Assembly (NCBI GenBank): GCA_051453625.1
Contig: JBOZIK010000001.1
Coordinates: 40,462,399 to 40,506,070 of the forward strand
DNA length: 43,672 nt
Origin: Welwitschia mirabilis
Taxonomy: Eukaryota
Direction: 5' to 3'
Part shown: positions 1-11,863 of the stretch, one piece after another
Layout: each line of letters starts with the position of its first letter
How positions within the stretch are numbered: the stretch's first letter is position 1
Notes under the pieces: model-generated
Databases searched by the model: none
Told to the model about the DNA's origin: nothing
The model's input: only the letters and a program-made list of their open reading frames with translations
Program-made: the position numbers and the translations under genes

Positions 1-3000
1 TTCTTTTTAGGCTATGAATGATCAAGTGGAAATTGAGTTCACCATTACTCATATGGTGAATGAGATTATGTCACCATAACCCGAGCCCAAAACACTTGAT
101 GGTTTTAAGTGTCTTATAGGAAAGGCATTAGACAACATTGGAGTGAAGGATATTTTGAGAGCAAATCTGTGATACCTTGGAGCTAGCTTCTTTCCCTTCT
201 TTCTCAAGTCGAAGTTTTAACTTAAACTCTAAAATCACCTCTTTCTCCTTTTTTGTTTTCTTAAATTTTGTACTTGCATTAAGTTTGTATAATTCTAAAT
301 TACTACCCCTGTTATCCGAGTGCAATTCTGAATTACTACCCTTGTTATCCGTGAGGAAGAACAATAACTAAGTGCAAACATAGTTTTAAATCCAAACATT
401 GTAAAATAATGAACAATAACATCCTCTTGGTTAATGCCAAAGAAAGAAAAACCTTTAATCAAAGTGATGATATGATCTTTAGGGGGCAAGAAAGAATAAA
501 GGCTTTAAGCTTAAAGAAATTTGTCATGTTCAATAGGAAAGGCATTGTATGCCAAGAAAGTAAGAGGATTATTACTGATATATAAACGACGTGAGTTAGC
601 CATGAATATAAGATAGGTCACAAGATGAATAACAAGATAAGTAAGGGTGGTAGAAGAACTAATAAATACTGAAAAGTTGAAAGAAGGGAATGTATTTGAT
701 TGAGAATCCAAGGCGTGGGATGAAGGTGGAAGAAGAAACAAAGTTTCAAAGGGAGAATCTTCAAATGAGGATAAGCTCTCAAATAATAAGGAGGATTAAA
801 CAAATTTTTTTGAGACACACATCATAAGGATGAACTAGCATAACTAATCACCTTAGGCCCTACTTTTAGTGTCAGAGAGAATACATTAATGTAAAATTTT
901 TTTCCAACTGTAAAAAGAGCAACAACATCCAGTTTTCAAGATGAGGCAACCTTGATTGGCTTTTGAGTGGTGCTAGAAATTAGGTACCTAAAATAAATCC
1001 CCAAGATACAAAGTAATCAAGGAACAATGTAAAGCATGGGATAAAGCTTACAAGAAAACCTCACAAGACAAAATGCTTGATAAAAAATTATAAAGAAGAG
1101 ATAAAAGAGTAAAGGATAAGAAAATGGAGGACTTTCAAAGAAATAAGGCATTTTATAAGTTTTTGTAAGGTATCCATAGTAAGAGAGATGGAATTGATCT
1201 TAGGGTGGGAAATAGAGGTTGCACATGGATTTCCATCCAAAAGTATGATAAAGTTAAGCAAAGTTATTCAAAAAAGGGAAGAAGGATATACCTTAGGAGT
1301 GATCTTATTCTGTTGCCTATAGAATAAAGCTTGTCTCTCTCACATAGAAAAAAAGATTATCCACCACACCCTATCTTTGATGGGCCTACAAATTGTAAGT
1401 TCTAGAGTAAGAGAGATAAAGAACACTTTATTGCAATAAAAAATTTTTTAACTGTGTAAACATTACTCTCCCTTAAAGGGATAAAGGTGAGAATATATGT
1501 AGGTCTTTCAAGACTATAAAGAGCAAGAAAACTGAAAGATTAAAATACACAAAAAAGAAAACAACTAGTTTTAAACTTAAGGAAACTCGTAGATGCATTT
1601 TTAAAAGAAATCCTTAAAACAAAGAAGAATCTTTTATCTTGTTTGAGGGTTTTCAATGAATAAGATATGTCATCATTATCTAGCTTAAGTTATGAAGAAT
1701 GCCATCTATGGAAATTGAAACTATCATCTAAACATGAGAATCCTAGCATTTAGTTAAAGAATAACATTATAAGACTCGAGAACAGTTAGGAATAGATTTG
1801 AATAGATGACATAAAGAGAATCCCTCAAATGTGACGACTTAAGAGTAGAAGAAAAAGGAAAAGAATACATCTCTAAGTTGAGAAAAAATAAGGGAGAATG
1901 ACATGGAAAAAGGGAGGAACTATGGTGCTAAAGGTTCAAATAGCATCTTACTATTATCTTTGAATTAGCTATAGGCCCATGTCGCTGTGACTTTTTAAAG
2001 ACTGAAGTAAAATCACTAGTAAACTCAAATCATCCTTGAGGGTGTTAGATAAGATCACCCCACTAGAATAGTAGTCACTTCCATAATAATTAGGCTAGCA
2101 CTCATCCTATGGTTTAATGTCACAAGCAGGCTTACTTGATTATGTAACTTTCTAAGGATTTGATGCACTCTTATAACTATTTTGGATACAAGATACTTTT
2201 TTCTTGACAAAAATACCCACTGCAGAGAAAGTTAATTGAGAGGGACTAAAGCATTCTAGAATGCTCTGGTTAACTAGTTTTCAATAGTAGGAGGAAGGTA
2301 ATAACTAAAAGGGAACTTTGTCTGAAGGAGGGATGTTAGGCTAAATTGTAAAAGAAGGAAAAATGAGTTGGGTTAAAGGAAAGATGGGAAGGAGAGTGTC
2401 TTCCATGCCCAAGGCATGGAGGGAACCAAATTCCATGCCTGGGACATGGGAATGGATTAGGATTTCATGCCTAGAACATGGAAAGGGATTATGGGTGAGG
2501 AAAAGGGATGAAGGAAGAGTGAGGTAAGAAAGGAAAGGTAAAGAAAAGTGAAGAAGGAGGTGGAGTGGAAGAGAGTAAAGTGGAAAGGTAAGCAATAAAG
2601 CTCCTTCTGCCTAAAGTTGATTCCATTAGTTAAGAAGGGATTCCTTGGACCTTGAATTTGAATTGGATCATTGGAAGAGGAGTTGCTAGAGATTTATCAT
2701 CCACTAAAGAAGAATGCCTTACTTAAGCTCTGTCCGTTTGCCACTGGAGGCCTTCCACTACTTGAAGAAAGGAGGAAAGAGAGGATTCCATTCTCACAGC
2801 ATTAAATTCTATCGGGAAAGGACTCTCTTCGACGCTTAGGGGATGGAAGAGATGAATGAGGAAGGAGGAAGGAGGAAGGTTATCTATCCATCTAGGTGTC
2901 CAAAAGGTCAGAGGGCAAAGGGAAAGGAAAAAATGATGAATTTCTAGATTGGAAAGGAGAGTTGTGTAAAGGGCTAAAAGAGGAAAGGGCCTCTTTCACA

Positions 3001-3150
3001 TCTAGGGTGTGTAGTAGATGAGGAAAGAGACAGACTCCCACGACCAAGGCATGGAAGTTAAGGGTGAAGGAGGTAGGCTCAAGGGAAATCAACTTTGCAA
3101 TTTTATCGGCTTAGGAGAGATAATGGGGTACAGAGTGGATGTGAAAAATT
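1..3150 (-). mobile_element. Degenerate non-LTR retrotransposon (L1-clade LINE) relic: ORF1 C-terminal low-complexity region and ORF2 endonuclease/linker, upstream of the transporter
   Basis: Minus-strand peptides appear in the expected L1 ORF2 order: HLENWM (~930, cf. FRFENMW), SQKNLFN (~805, cf. WNKEVFG), LIFMANSRR (~600, cf. FFHxxANxRR), QEDVIVHYFTMF (~400). Many stops and frameshifts. Collinear nucleotide similarity to 18470-21780 (e.g. 2060-2170 vs 20181-20291; 3045 vs 21290). Ends are approximate. Confidence 0.55.
291..354. repeat. 33-bp tandem duplication inside the LINE relic
   Basis: aattctaaattactacccctgttatccgagtgc followed by aattctgaattactacccttgttatccgtga; period 33 (11 codons). 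Confidence 0.85.
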
Positions 3151-3633
3151 TCAAAAGAGGTCCTGCAGATCCTAAGGGTTGAGTTGGAATCTAACATTTA
3201 CTATTTATAGATTACCCTTAACTTTTAGACCCCCTAAGTAAAGATTACTACTATAAGGCTATCATCTTAAAGGGCACTTTTATATGATCAAGTATGTGCA
3301 TGTAATTAATCTATCATTCCGTTTAACCATAAGGGAACAATAGGAAATGGTAAAGAAAAAGTAGTAGTTTTAAGTCCAAGGCAAAGAGCAAGAGTGGGTA
3401 TTATTGGAATGTCTTTTACACAGAGATGCAGGTGCCCATAATTTGCATCTCCACTCAAAAGTGGCATCCTTGGCATATGGTTAACAAGGATTCGCTGATA
3501 TGCCTCTCAGCTATCCTTGCCCAATCATAAGAAAGGAACTGATACGGAACCAGTTACTCTCTCTCCTTTTTTTTTGGTTAATAGTAAAGTGACGAATTCT
3601 ATGAAGGTCAATTGTCCCCTTATTCACTGTTCC

Positions 3634-3693
3634 TTGAATGTTTGAATCGAATAAGATTCCTGTTGAGTGTTTGAATCGAATAAGATTCCTGTT
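3634..3693. repeat. 29-bp tandem duplication in the proximal upstream region of the transporter
   Basis: tgtttgaatcgaataagattcctgtt occurs identically at 3639-3664 and 3668-3693. Confidence 0.9.
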
Positions 3694-3938
3694 CGTTTTA
3701 GTGGAGCGATGATCATTTAGAGTTAAAAAATAAAATGTCGGAGAATACGACAAGAGTGTGAGCACGCGATTGGAGTTTGTCGAAATGTCAAACCGGATGT
3801 TGCTGTTAATCTCTTCCACTTGAATCCCTTCTAATGGCACTGTAATTTCTATGGAATTCTTGAGTTCTAAAGCGGCAACCTAAACCAGTGGAAGAGACTC
3901 CGCGAACGCATCAGGCATCGCGGGCGGAGTCGGCGAAG

Positions 3939-4235
3939 ATGGATACGAGAAAAAGCCTGTATGTATCTCCAAGCGCATCTGACACGACTTCAATGTCTTC
4001 ATCACCAAAACAAGTTAAGGTCATTCCTGTGCAACACCTGTATGATCGGCCCCCATCTTCGTCCTCCGCCTCGTTCTTCAAGAAATGGATCAGCAGCCTG
4101 CGACATAAGTCTGCTATCGATTGGTTAGGGCTGCTTCTGCCCTGCACAAAGTGGATTCGCTCATACAACTGGAGAGAATACTTTCGGTCTGATGTCATGG
4201 CCGGTCTTACCGTTGGCACCATGCTTGTTCCCCAA
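3939..4235 (+). CDS. SULTR4: Sulfate transporter group 4, coding exon 1
   Basis: ATG at 3939; MDTRK...VKVIPVQH...DWLGLLLPCTKWIRSYNWREYFRSDVMAGLTVGTMLVPQ matches the SULTR4 N-terminus (VKVIPLQH, DLMAGITVGIMLVPQ). GT donor at 4236, phase 0. Confidence 0.93.
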
Positions 4236-4509
4236 GTACTGTCCAGTTTTTCCTTTTCTTTTTCTCAACAAAGACGACCACGCTTCTTGTTATAAGAAAT
4301 TCAATACAATTTAGTGTTAATCTTTTTCTCTTCTTTTCGAAAAAAGTATTTTAACTGTAAGAAATTCTCATTATGAGAAATCAATACAATTTCTAGTTTA
4401 ATGTTTTTCCCCTTCTTTTTCTGAATCAAGATCCCCACGTTTCCCAGTATAACAAATTCAATACAATTTGAGTTTAATTTTTCTTTTTTCTTGTTTGTTG
4501 GGATAACAG

Positions 4510-4558
4510 TCAATGTCGTATGCCAAGCTAGCCGGGCTTCATCCCATCTATGGACTCT
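4510..4558 (+). CDS. SULTR4: SULTR4 exon 2
   Basis: aacag acceptor; SMSYAKLAGLHPIYGL(Y), the SulP signature; gtgagt donor at 4559. Confidence 0.95.
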
Positions 4559-4840
4559 GTGAGTAAGCGTTTTGCATGATTTTCCAGTGTTCATTTCGAG
4601 TCTTCTTTTTATCTTATTGAATTTAGTGAATTAAGTTTTGTTAGCTTACTGTTTCCAGTTGAACATGTTTCTGTTAGTTATAATTTATCCCTCCTCAAGT
4701 TTTATTTAGCACTGAGCTAAAGGCAATAATGTTATTTATTGAGCGCTGAGCTAAAAGCAACAATTTATAATGTTAAGTAATGTTAACAGAGTGTTTAGAC
4801 GAATACCTGAGATGTGCATTTTATGTGAGTTTATATGCAG

Positions 4841-5042
4841 ATTCTGCATTTGTCCCAGTATTTGCGTACGCCATATTCGGTTCCTCAAGGCAGCTGGCCA
4901 TAGGGCCTGTAGCACTGGTTTCCCTTTTGGTTTCAAATGCCTTGTCTGGTATTGTTGACCCATCTGACGAACTTTACACAGAATTAGCAATTCTCTTGTC
5001 TCTTCTTGTTGGCATTCTGGAATGTGTCATGGGGATTCTAAG
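4841..5042 (+). CDS. SULTR4: SULTR4 exon 3
   Basis: tgcag acceptor; SAFVPVFAYAIFGSSRQLAIGPVALVSLLVSN...ECVMGILR; gt donor at 5043. Confidence 0.95.
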
Positions 5043-5152
5043 GTATTTAAGACGCTCAAGCAATATATTATCTATCTTTCAGGTTCTCTGAAGACAACAG
5101 AATCTGTTATTTAATACACCCCTGATGTAAATTCCCTTCTTTTTCATCGAAG

Positions 5153-5321
5153 GCTTGGATGGCTTATCCGCTTTATAAGCCATTCGGTCATTTCAGGTTT
5201 TACTACTGCTTCGGCTATTGCTATTGCTTTATCTCAAGCAAAATATTTTCTGGGTTATGACATTACTCGAACGAGCAAGATAATACCACTTGTCAAAAGC
5301 ATTATAACTGGCGTCGACAAG
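5153..5321 (+). CDS. SULTR4: SULTR4 exon 4
   Basis: ag acceptor at 5151-5152; LGWLIRFISHSVISGFTTASAIAIALSQAKYFLGYDITRTSKIIPLVKSIITGVDK; gtatgt donor at 5322. Confidence 0.95.
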
Positions 5322-5647
5322 GTATGTTCGTATCATTTGGTTATTTTCAATTTTGTTGTCAGGTCAATTTACATACCATATTATTTTGCACTAGTTCTGT
5401 TTAAAATGTAATCAATGGATTTTTGTTCCCTATGATTTTGAATCAAACAAAAATCGGCATAANNNNNNNNNNATGCAAGATATTAGAAAGGAAAGGAAAA
5501 AGTCGAGTATTAGAGGATTATCGTGTATTCGGTTTTAATATCCCAAACATAGGTACTTTTAGCATTGTTTCTCAAAATGATACCCTCTATGCCAAATCTG
5601 ACCAACATACTTTCATCGTTTTAAGTGTAATTGGTTAACATATCAAC

Positions 5648-6119
5648 TGTTGACTCTGGCGGTAAGAAGGATAAGTAAAACCAGAAAGAAAATAGCATCT
5701 TCTGCACATTATGCTTGATTCCTGGCTCTGCTTTGTAGTTCCAAAAATGCACAATAGCAAAGCGATTAAGGAAAGTAACAAGAGAACACAGAGATATAAT
5801 GATTTATATAAAAAACCCCAATGAGAGGAAAAACCACTGAAAAACCACAGAAAAGCAATGCAGAACTTTATTATCTTCACCGAAGATTACAAGCCAAGAA
5901 CAAGCTTCAAGCCAATAACAGGCTTCAGGCAAGAATGCTTCACNNNNNNNNNNNNNNNNNNNNNNNNNNNNNNNNNNNNNNNNNNNNNNNNNNNNNNNNN
6001 NNNNNNNNNNNNNNNNNNNNNNNNNNNNNNNNNNNNNNNNNNNAGTTTCTGTGATAAGTTAAAGTAAAGAGAAATTACCCTATTCACCCCCCCTCTAGGG
6101 TGCTTATTTGATCCTAACA
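5648..6119 (+). mobile_element. SIRE/Copia-like LTR remnant (gapped, probably solo)
   Basis: Starts TGTTG and ends ctattcacccccctctaggg...atcctaACA. The same LTR 3'-end motif is seen at 35811-35845, 39128-39145 and, reversed, at 11864 and 37941. Contains a 100-N gap; no clean TSD. Confidence 0.55.
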
Positions 6120-6846
6120 TCCCAAGTTCAAGTCAGTTAAATTTGTTAAGTGGAGGGCAACAGCCATTCTCGTCAAAACCAACCTGCACAAAGAGGTTTT
6201 TTCTATTTTTATTTTTTATGCTACGGAGTTACTTTCTGTGAAAGTGGTTACACTTGCCAAGGTCAGATGTTTGCTTGTTGAAATGAAAATGTATGAGTGT
6301 CCTTTGTTTGCTTGGTTGTTGGCTACGTAATGTCTATTTTTTAACCAATATTTCATACCCAAGATGTTGAAGTCTGCACCCCAAGTGCACCTTGAATACT
6401 CAGGTAGAACCATAGGCCAACTTGCACACTATAGGACTCATACCCAAGATGTTGATGCCCACAGGTTACAAACCTAGGTTGAACTAGCTATGTTATGTCT
6501 TTCCAGTGAGTTATGATGGGAATTTTCATAAAAAATGATTTAGAGAAGTTAGTGAAGTCTTTAAGGATAATTATGTTAGAACATATGTAATGAGCATTCC
6601 AAGTCACGATGAATGCATGTATTCAATGATTTGTCTGTACAATGACTGATACTTGTTATTTAGGCTTAGGGTTCAAAAAGAAAGTCTCCCAAAGCTTCTG
6701 GCTTACTCCCTTTACTTACTTGCATCTTGCTTATTGTTAGCCTTCAAGATTCTTATCTCTTGATAGTACTTGCTCCTTAATTACAATGCAAACGGAAACA
6801 AAACTTGCAAGTGGAAACAAGAAACAACACAGATTTTGTAGTATGT

Positions 6847-8800
6847 AGGCTAAGGGAATATGGATTGCCACAAAGACAACACGAAGTGGACTTCTTCCTT
6901 CTTCTACAAGGCCGTAAAGACCTCTTTAAATGCCACACGGGCCTTAGAATAGGGGCTGCTCCCTCTTGCTATTGGTTCGCCCTCTTCTCCTTTACTTCTG
7001 CGTCTCTTTCTGACTTCTAAATGCTTTTGAATTCTTTGTAGAAGGCGAACTGTATTCAAACCATTTTGTTTTCCTTCTCATTTAACTACATGCTATAGCG
7101 ATGAAATGACATAGAAGCGCAATGATTTTGGTTCCAGTGGCGATTTATAGTGGCTTAAAGCGACGGACTTGCTGCTGTGATTAAACTGGACAGACGACAG
7201 TAGACAGGCTGCTTCCATATCTGTTAGATTTGACAGTTGGCCTCATTAGTCAGTTCTAGATTTCGAGCGCAGCAGGAGGTCCATTATAGTGTCGTATCTC
7301 CACCGTTTGTTGCATTCATCATTCTCGATGTCACCCTGCACTCGAGCTTACTAAAGAATGCTCATACTTTTCATATCATTACACAAAACTGCACAATATA
7401 GAGGGCAATTTCCTTTATGAATGTCTATGTACTCCAAAACCTTCAAAACAGCTTTTGCACGAACCTTGCATTGCACAACCTCCTTGGCTGTGATTAAAAA
7501 CAAGCGCTCTTTCTGTTTGTTTTGGTGAGGCCATAGCTGCGGAGGAATCGCAGTGGCAATGAGCTCAGTTTTTCTTAGTCCTTGTTGAAGTAAATGTCTA
7601 TATGCGAAGGACTGTGGCCGTTCTATTGCAGATATAAAAGCATTTCTGGAAGGGTAGTTTATTGAGATTGGGTAATACTATGAATACTACAAAAGACAGT
7701 TCAGATCATAGTTAAATGGATCAGAGCGGATCATGGAGTCTTCTTTCGATTAGGAGATTCTGGATCGCTGGATCACTCCGGATCGTTTTACGGATTGTCA
7801 CAAATCGCATACCTATTTTTGCAAAATCGCAAGTTAAAATCCAAAAGCTGGATTGAAACATTTGTTTCAGTAAAATCACAAGTTGAGAAAAAAGGGTTTC
7901 TGCAACTGCATTGCTTGTTTTTTGGATTAGAAGTTATTTTGAGAAAAATCGTACATTGATTTTGGTTGAAAAAACGGTTTCTGCAATTGCATCGCCCATT
8001 TTAAACTGCAGAATGGGTTTTTTTCTGTGGAGCATGATCCGGCTTCGATTTGGAGCATCTTCTGTTGGAGCACGATCTGGAATTGCGCGGATGGCGATTC
8101 CAATCCACTCCATCTAACCATGGTTCAGATGACCTTCTTCTATGTTCTTGGATTCTTTTGTGTCTGCTTGCTATTTTTTTAAAATAAGGAATAGAATTAT
8201 GGGTTTAACTTAGGTGAATGAAAGATTGCAACTAGAGCTATCAAACAATGAAAATGTAAAAATTACTCGTAAAACATAAATTTAGGGGAGAAGACAAGAC
8301 AGAGCAAAACAAGAATCTATGTCATATCCTAAAATATGTTCTAAGATATCTCCAACAAAAATATGGTCACAGTCCTCTGTGCATGACCATCTATTTTGGC
8401 AAGCACTAAAAAAACTGAGCTCCTAATGAAAATGGGAGTGGTCTGTCTGCTGTCTGTCTATTCAGTTCAGTTACAATGGCATCTCCATTACTGAAGCGAT
8501 TGTAAATCACCATTGGAAACAAAACCACTGGACTTCTATGCTGTCTCATTGCTATAGCGCGTAGTTAAAAGAGGAGGAAAATAAAATTGTTTGAATGAAA
8601 CTTCATCTTCTATAGAGAATTCAGAAGCACATAGAAGTGAGAAAGAGAAATAGAAATAAAGGAGAAGAAGGAGAACCAATAGCAAAAGGAGTAAGGCCTA
8701 TTCTAAGGTCTGTGTGGCATTGAAAGAAGTCTTTGTGATCTTGTAGGAGGAGGAAGTCACCTTGGTGTTGTCTTTGTGGCAATCCATATTCCCGTAGCCT
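6847..8800. repeat. Diverged inverted repeat: arms ~6847-7220 and ~8431-8800 (LTR-like sequence), spacer ~1.2 kb
   Basis: aggctaagggaatatggattgccacaaagacaacac (6847) is the reverse complement, with one mismatch, of gtgttgtctttgtggcaatccatattcccgtagcct (ending 8800). Similarity continues collinearly for ~370 bp. Confidence 0.85.
7707..8122. mobile_element. hAT-type MITE (416 bp)
   Basis: TIRs CATAGTTAAATGGA / TCCATCTAACCATG (12/14); perfect 8-bp TSD GTTCAGAT at 7699-7706 and 8123-8130; repeated internal GGATC/GATT motifs. Confidence 0.88.
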
Positions 8801-8850
8801 GTGTGGCTGTTTACTATTGTAAATTAGAATTCTTCCAGTAATTTAAAAAC

Positions 8851-9140
8851 TTGATTTACTATTAAATCTGATTTAATTTTTTAATTATTTCTTGTTGGTC
8901 ATATTATTTTTCCTTGAAAATATTTACTGTGGTATTGTAGCATACTACATTTTGGTATCAGAGCCAACACATTTGATTTAGTAATTATTATATTTATTTT
9001 AAAAAAGGACAAGTTGATTTACTATTAAATTTGATTCAATCTATTCATTATTTGCTGTTTTTAATATTATTTTTCCTTGTAAATTTATATTTACTATGGT
9101 ATTTTGGGTCTGTTGCATACTACGTTTGGGTTTTAGAGCC
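8851..9140 (+). repeat. Tandemly duplicated LTR 3' end plus tRNA-iMet primer-binding site
   Basis: ttgatttactattaaat...gcatactacattttggtatcagagcc (PBS TGGTATCAGAGC at 8953-8964) is repeated in decayed form at ~9014-9140 (gcatactacgtttgggttttagagcc). Confidence 0.7.
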
Positions 9141-9753
9141 AAAATACAAGAAAAATATTTGGCTTGTTCATGGTAGAGTGCTAAAATGAGTCATGCCCAC
9201 TTTGTGAACATCATCAAGAATCAAATATTCGAAAGTTTTTTCTAACGAACAGAATGAACTAGATTTTAGATGAACCATTCTCAACATTGAAGAAAAGGAC
9301 GATTTTGCCCGATTTCTTTGTCCCTCCAAAGATGAAAGTCATTGTCCACTGTGAAAAGTCCATGATTTCAATCTTTCTCATCTGTCCACTGGTAATGCCA
9401 TTGGCTTTACAGGAAGCACATTGATTAACAGGAGCCTAAACTTGCAGTAAAGTTGTCTGAGCAAACATTTCTTGACAAAGCTTCCACAGAGAAGACACAT
9501 GACAGTAGACTCATATCCAATGATGCAACAAATACTTGCTCTTGGAAAATTGCAATAGTAGATGGCAAGAAGGAACAATGTTTGCTTGAATCTCAAAATA
9601 AGGAGTCGAGACAAAGCTCTAGTCTGTGAGGCTAAACACAAAAGCTGGAATCCTTGGTGCTTCCACCCTTTTCCTTTGTGATTCTTCTTGCTTCCTTAAT
9701 TTTATTTACATTATTGTTAATTTTTACTGTATTCAAAAAGAGAAAAATAGACA

Positions 9754-9886
9754 AAATCCTAAGTGGACGTAAGAGCTTGTGTGGCCAAGAAGAAATCCTA
9801 AAGTGGATGTAAGAGCTTGTGTGACCAAGATGAAATCCAAAGTGGATGTAAGAGCCTATGTGGCCAAGAAGAAATCGCCTTAGTGG
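9754..9886. repeat. ~39-40-bp minisatellite, about 3.3 copies
   Basis: Unit aaatcct(a)aagtggaYgtaagagcttgtgtggccaagaag repeated head to tail. Confidence 0.85.
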
Positions 9887-10691
9887 CTGAACCATTATTA
9901 TTGCCTAAGTGGCTTTATTTGTTAAATTAGCAGATTTATTAATTTATATTATTAATTATTATATCTAAAATATTTCTTTGTGCTCTTTTACCTTGTTCGT
10001 TTTAAATCTTGGTAGTATTTTGGGCCCCACCATATTCAACAGATTCAACATGGTCTAGCCTCTATTAGACTACATCCATGGGAACAAGTATAGATCTCTA
10101 TTGTTCTTCGGCTTTATAAAAGGAAAAAAGGACGGGAAAAAGGGAAAAAAGAAGCACTCCAATAAAGCCAACCATAAAATCCAAAACAGAAGGCACTAAA
10201 TAGAGCTACGGCTTCCAGCCAAACCCTGAAAATAGTTCCCTGTTTTAACTTCCCCTTTAGTAAATTACTTGTTGCATGAAAGGACAGACACACCCAATGG
10301 TGATTTTTATACGAAAATCACGTTGTTGCATACAAGTCTATATTAAAGTATAACATTACAAACATGGGAAAAATATACCAAATATGGCTTAACTCTAATA
10401 TATTGGACTTATAAATTGGTTCTATCAATCTTTTTTTGTGATTTCTTACATAGGCCATTATGCTTTTTCTTCATTTTAGTTTTTCTCTTTTATTCTTTTT
10501 GGACTGTATTTCAATTATAGATACATTTTCTAGTATGGAACAATTTTCTGTTGATTTTTAATCAGTGATATGTGCTTTATTAAATGCTTTCTTTGGATAT
10601 TGTCACTGTATTTTAAATGTTTATGAACATGCAACATGTTTACATTTGCCCAGTAACACAGTTTTTCAGGATAGCATTTTTCGTTGTGCAG

Positions 10692-10757
10692 TTTTCATGG
10701 CCACCGTTTTTCATGGGCTTGATCATGCTTACAATCCTTTTGACTATGAAGCAACTG
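10692..10757 (+). CDS. SULTR4: SULTR4 exon 5
   Basis: tgcag acceptor; FSWPPFFMGLIMLTILLTMKQL; gtatgc donor at 10758; phase 0/0. Confidence 0.93.
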
Positions 10758-10899
10758 GTATGCATTGTTGTAATCAACCTTATCTGATATACATATGTCA
10801 CAGTACTTCTATTTCATAATGGAAGAAAAAGTGACTTCATTTCATGGATTGTTTTATGTCCAAAATGTTTTTTATGAATTAATCTTCTGCTTGTTTCAG

Positions 10900-11007
10900 G
10901 GGAAGAAAAATAGATATCTGAGGTTTGTGCGAGCAACTGGGCCTCTCACGGCAGTGGTTATAGGAACTGCATTTGTCAAAATTTTCCATCCACCTTCCAT
11001 TAGTGTG
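10900..11007 (+). CDS. SULTR4: SULTR4 exon 6
   Basis: tttcag acceptor; GKKNRYLRFVRATGPLTAVVIGTAFVKIFHPPSISV; gt donor at 11008; phase 0/0. Confidence 0.93.
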
Positions 11008-11863
11008 GTACAACTTGCGACATATTTGATTTTTTTTCAATATATGCAACAAAATTGAATTTTCTTTATTGGGGGTCTCATGTTTACGATCTTGAGAATG
11101 CAGCAAATAAGCTACACAGGATTTCATGTACAGTATTTAATGAAATAAACTCTTGTTTCTGGAATGGTCTTCATAGAATCTGAGAATGTACCAACAAAGG
11201 ATAAATCAATCAGGAAATGTGGTTGAACTCATAATATGGTGAAAAACAATTTATGCAGACATGAAATTATAATGCTTCGAATTCACAACTTGTTATTTTT
11301 GTACTTATTGTCATGATTTTGACTATGACAATTGCCATAGTGGAAATCAGAACGTCTCTGATGCGCTTGAAATTGATTAAGGAAATTGATGTTGCAAACA
11401 ACTTTTAAACTTTTATTGCATTTTTGTTATTTTGTAGTTATTTTGGTTGACAAATATGTTTTTTTAAACTTAAGCATCCAATGTGCAATATTCTGGTTTA
11501 AGGCTATCATTTATGAAATTAATGAAGGCAGGAAGTAATGCCCCACATCAAATGACACAGCATACAAAATCAATGTGTCAAATAAGGACCTTTGGTGTGC
11601 AATAAAATTACAATGCTAGGTATCGTAGTTGTTCATAACTAAAAAGATCCTGTATTGCCTCAATTGCTTACACACAATCATTGTTAAATTTTGTGTAGGA
11701 ATCCAGCAAAAGTTGATCCTTATGACAAACTTACATCACTGCTCATGTTGCGTTACGTATATCAAAGCCTCATGCGAATATGTCCTATGGTCAATATAGT
11801 TTATAGCAGCAACAATAATTGTGTTTGCTTCAATGCCATTGAATACAATAATGAGGATAACAT

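Noticed and set aside
3894..3898. GAGAC, the core of the sulfur-responsive SURE element
   Set aside because: A 5-mer is expected by chance about once per kb; there is no supporting context.
3888..3938. ORF-track N-terminal extension starting at GTG 3888
   Set aside because: Eukaryotic gene; the first in-frame ATG is 3939 and the length from there fits SULTR4 N-termini.
6848..6900. tgtag followed by RLREYG, resembling the SULTR4 STAS-region motif RLREYE
   Set aside because: Only five residues match, it is out of exon order, and it lies in one arm of the LTR-like inverted repeat.
9754..9886. Regularly spaced ~40-bp repeats that could be mistaken for a CRISPR array
   Set aside because: Head-to-tail units with no unique spacers, in plant intronic DNA with no cas genes.
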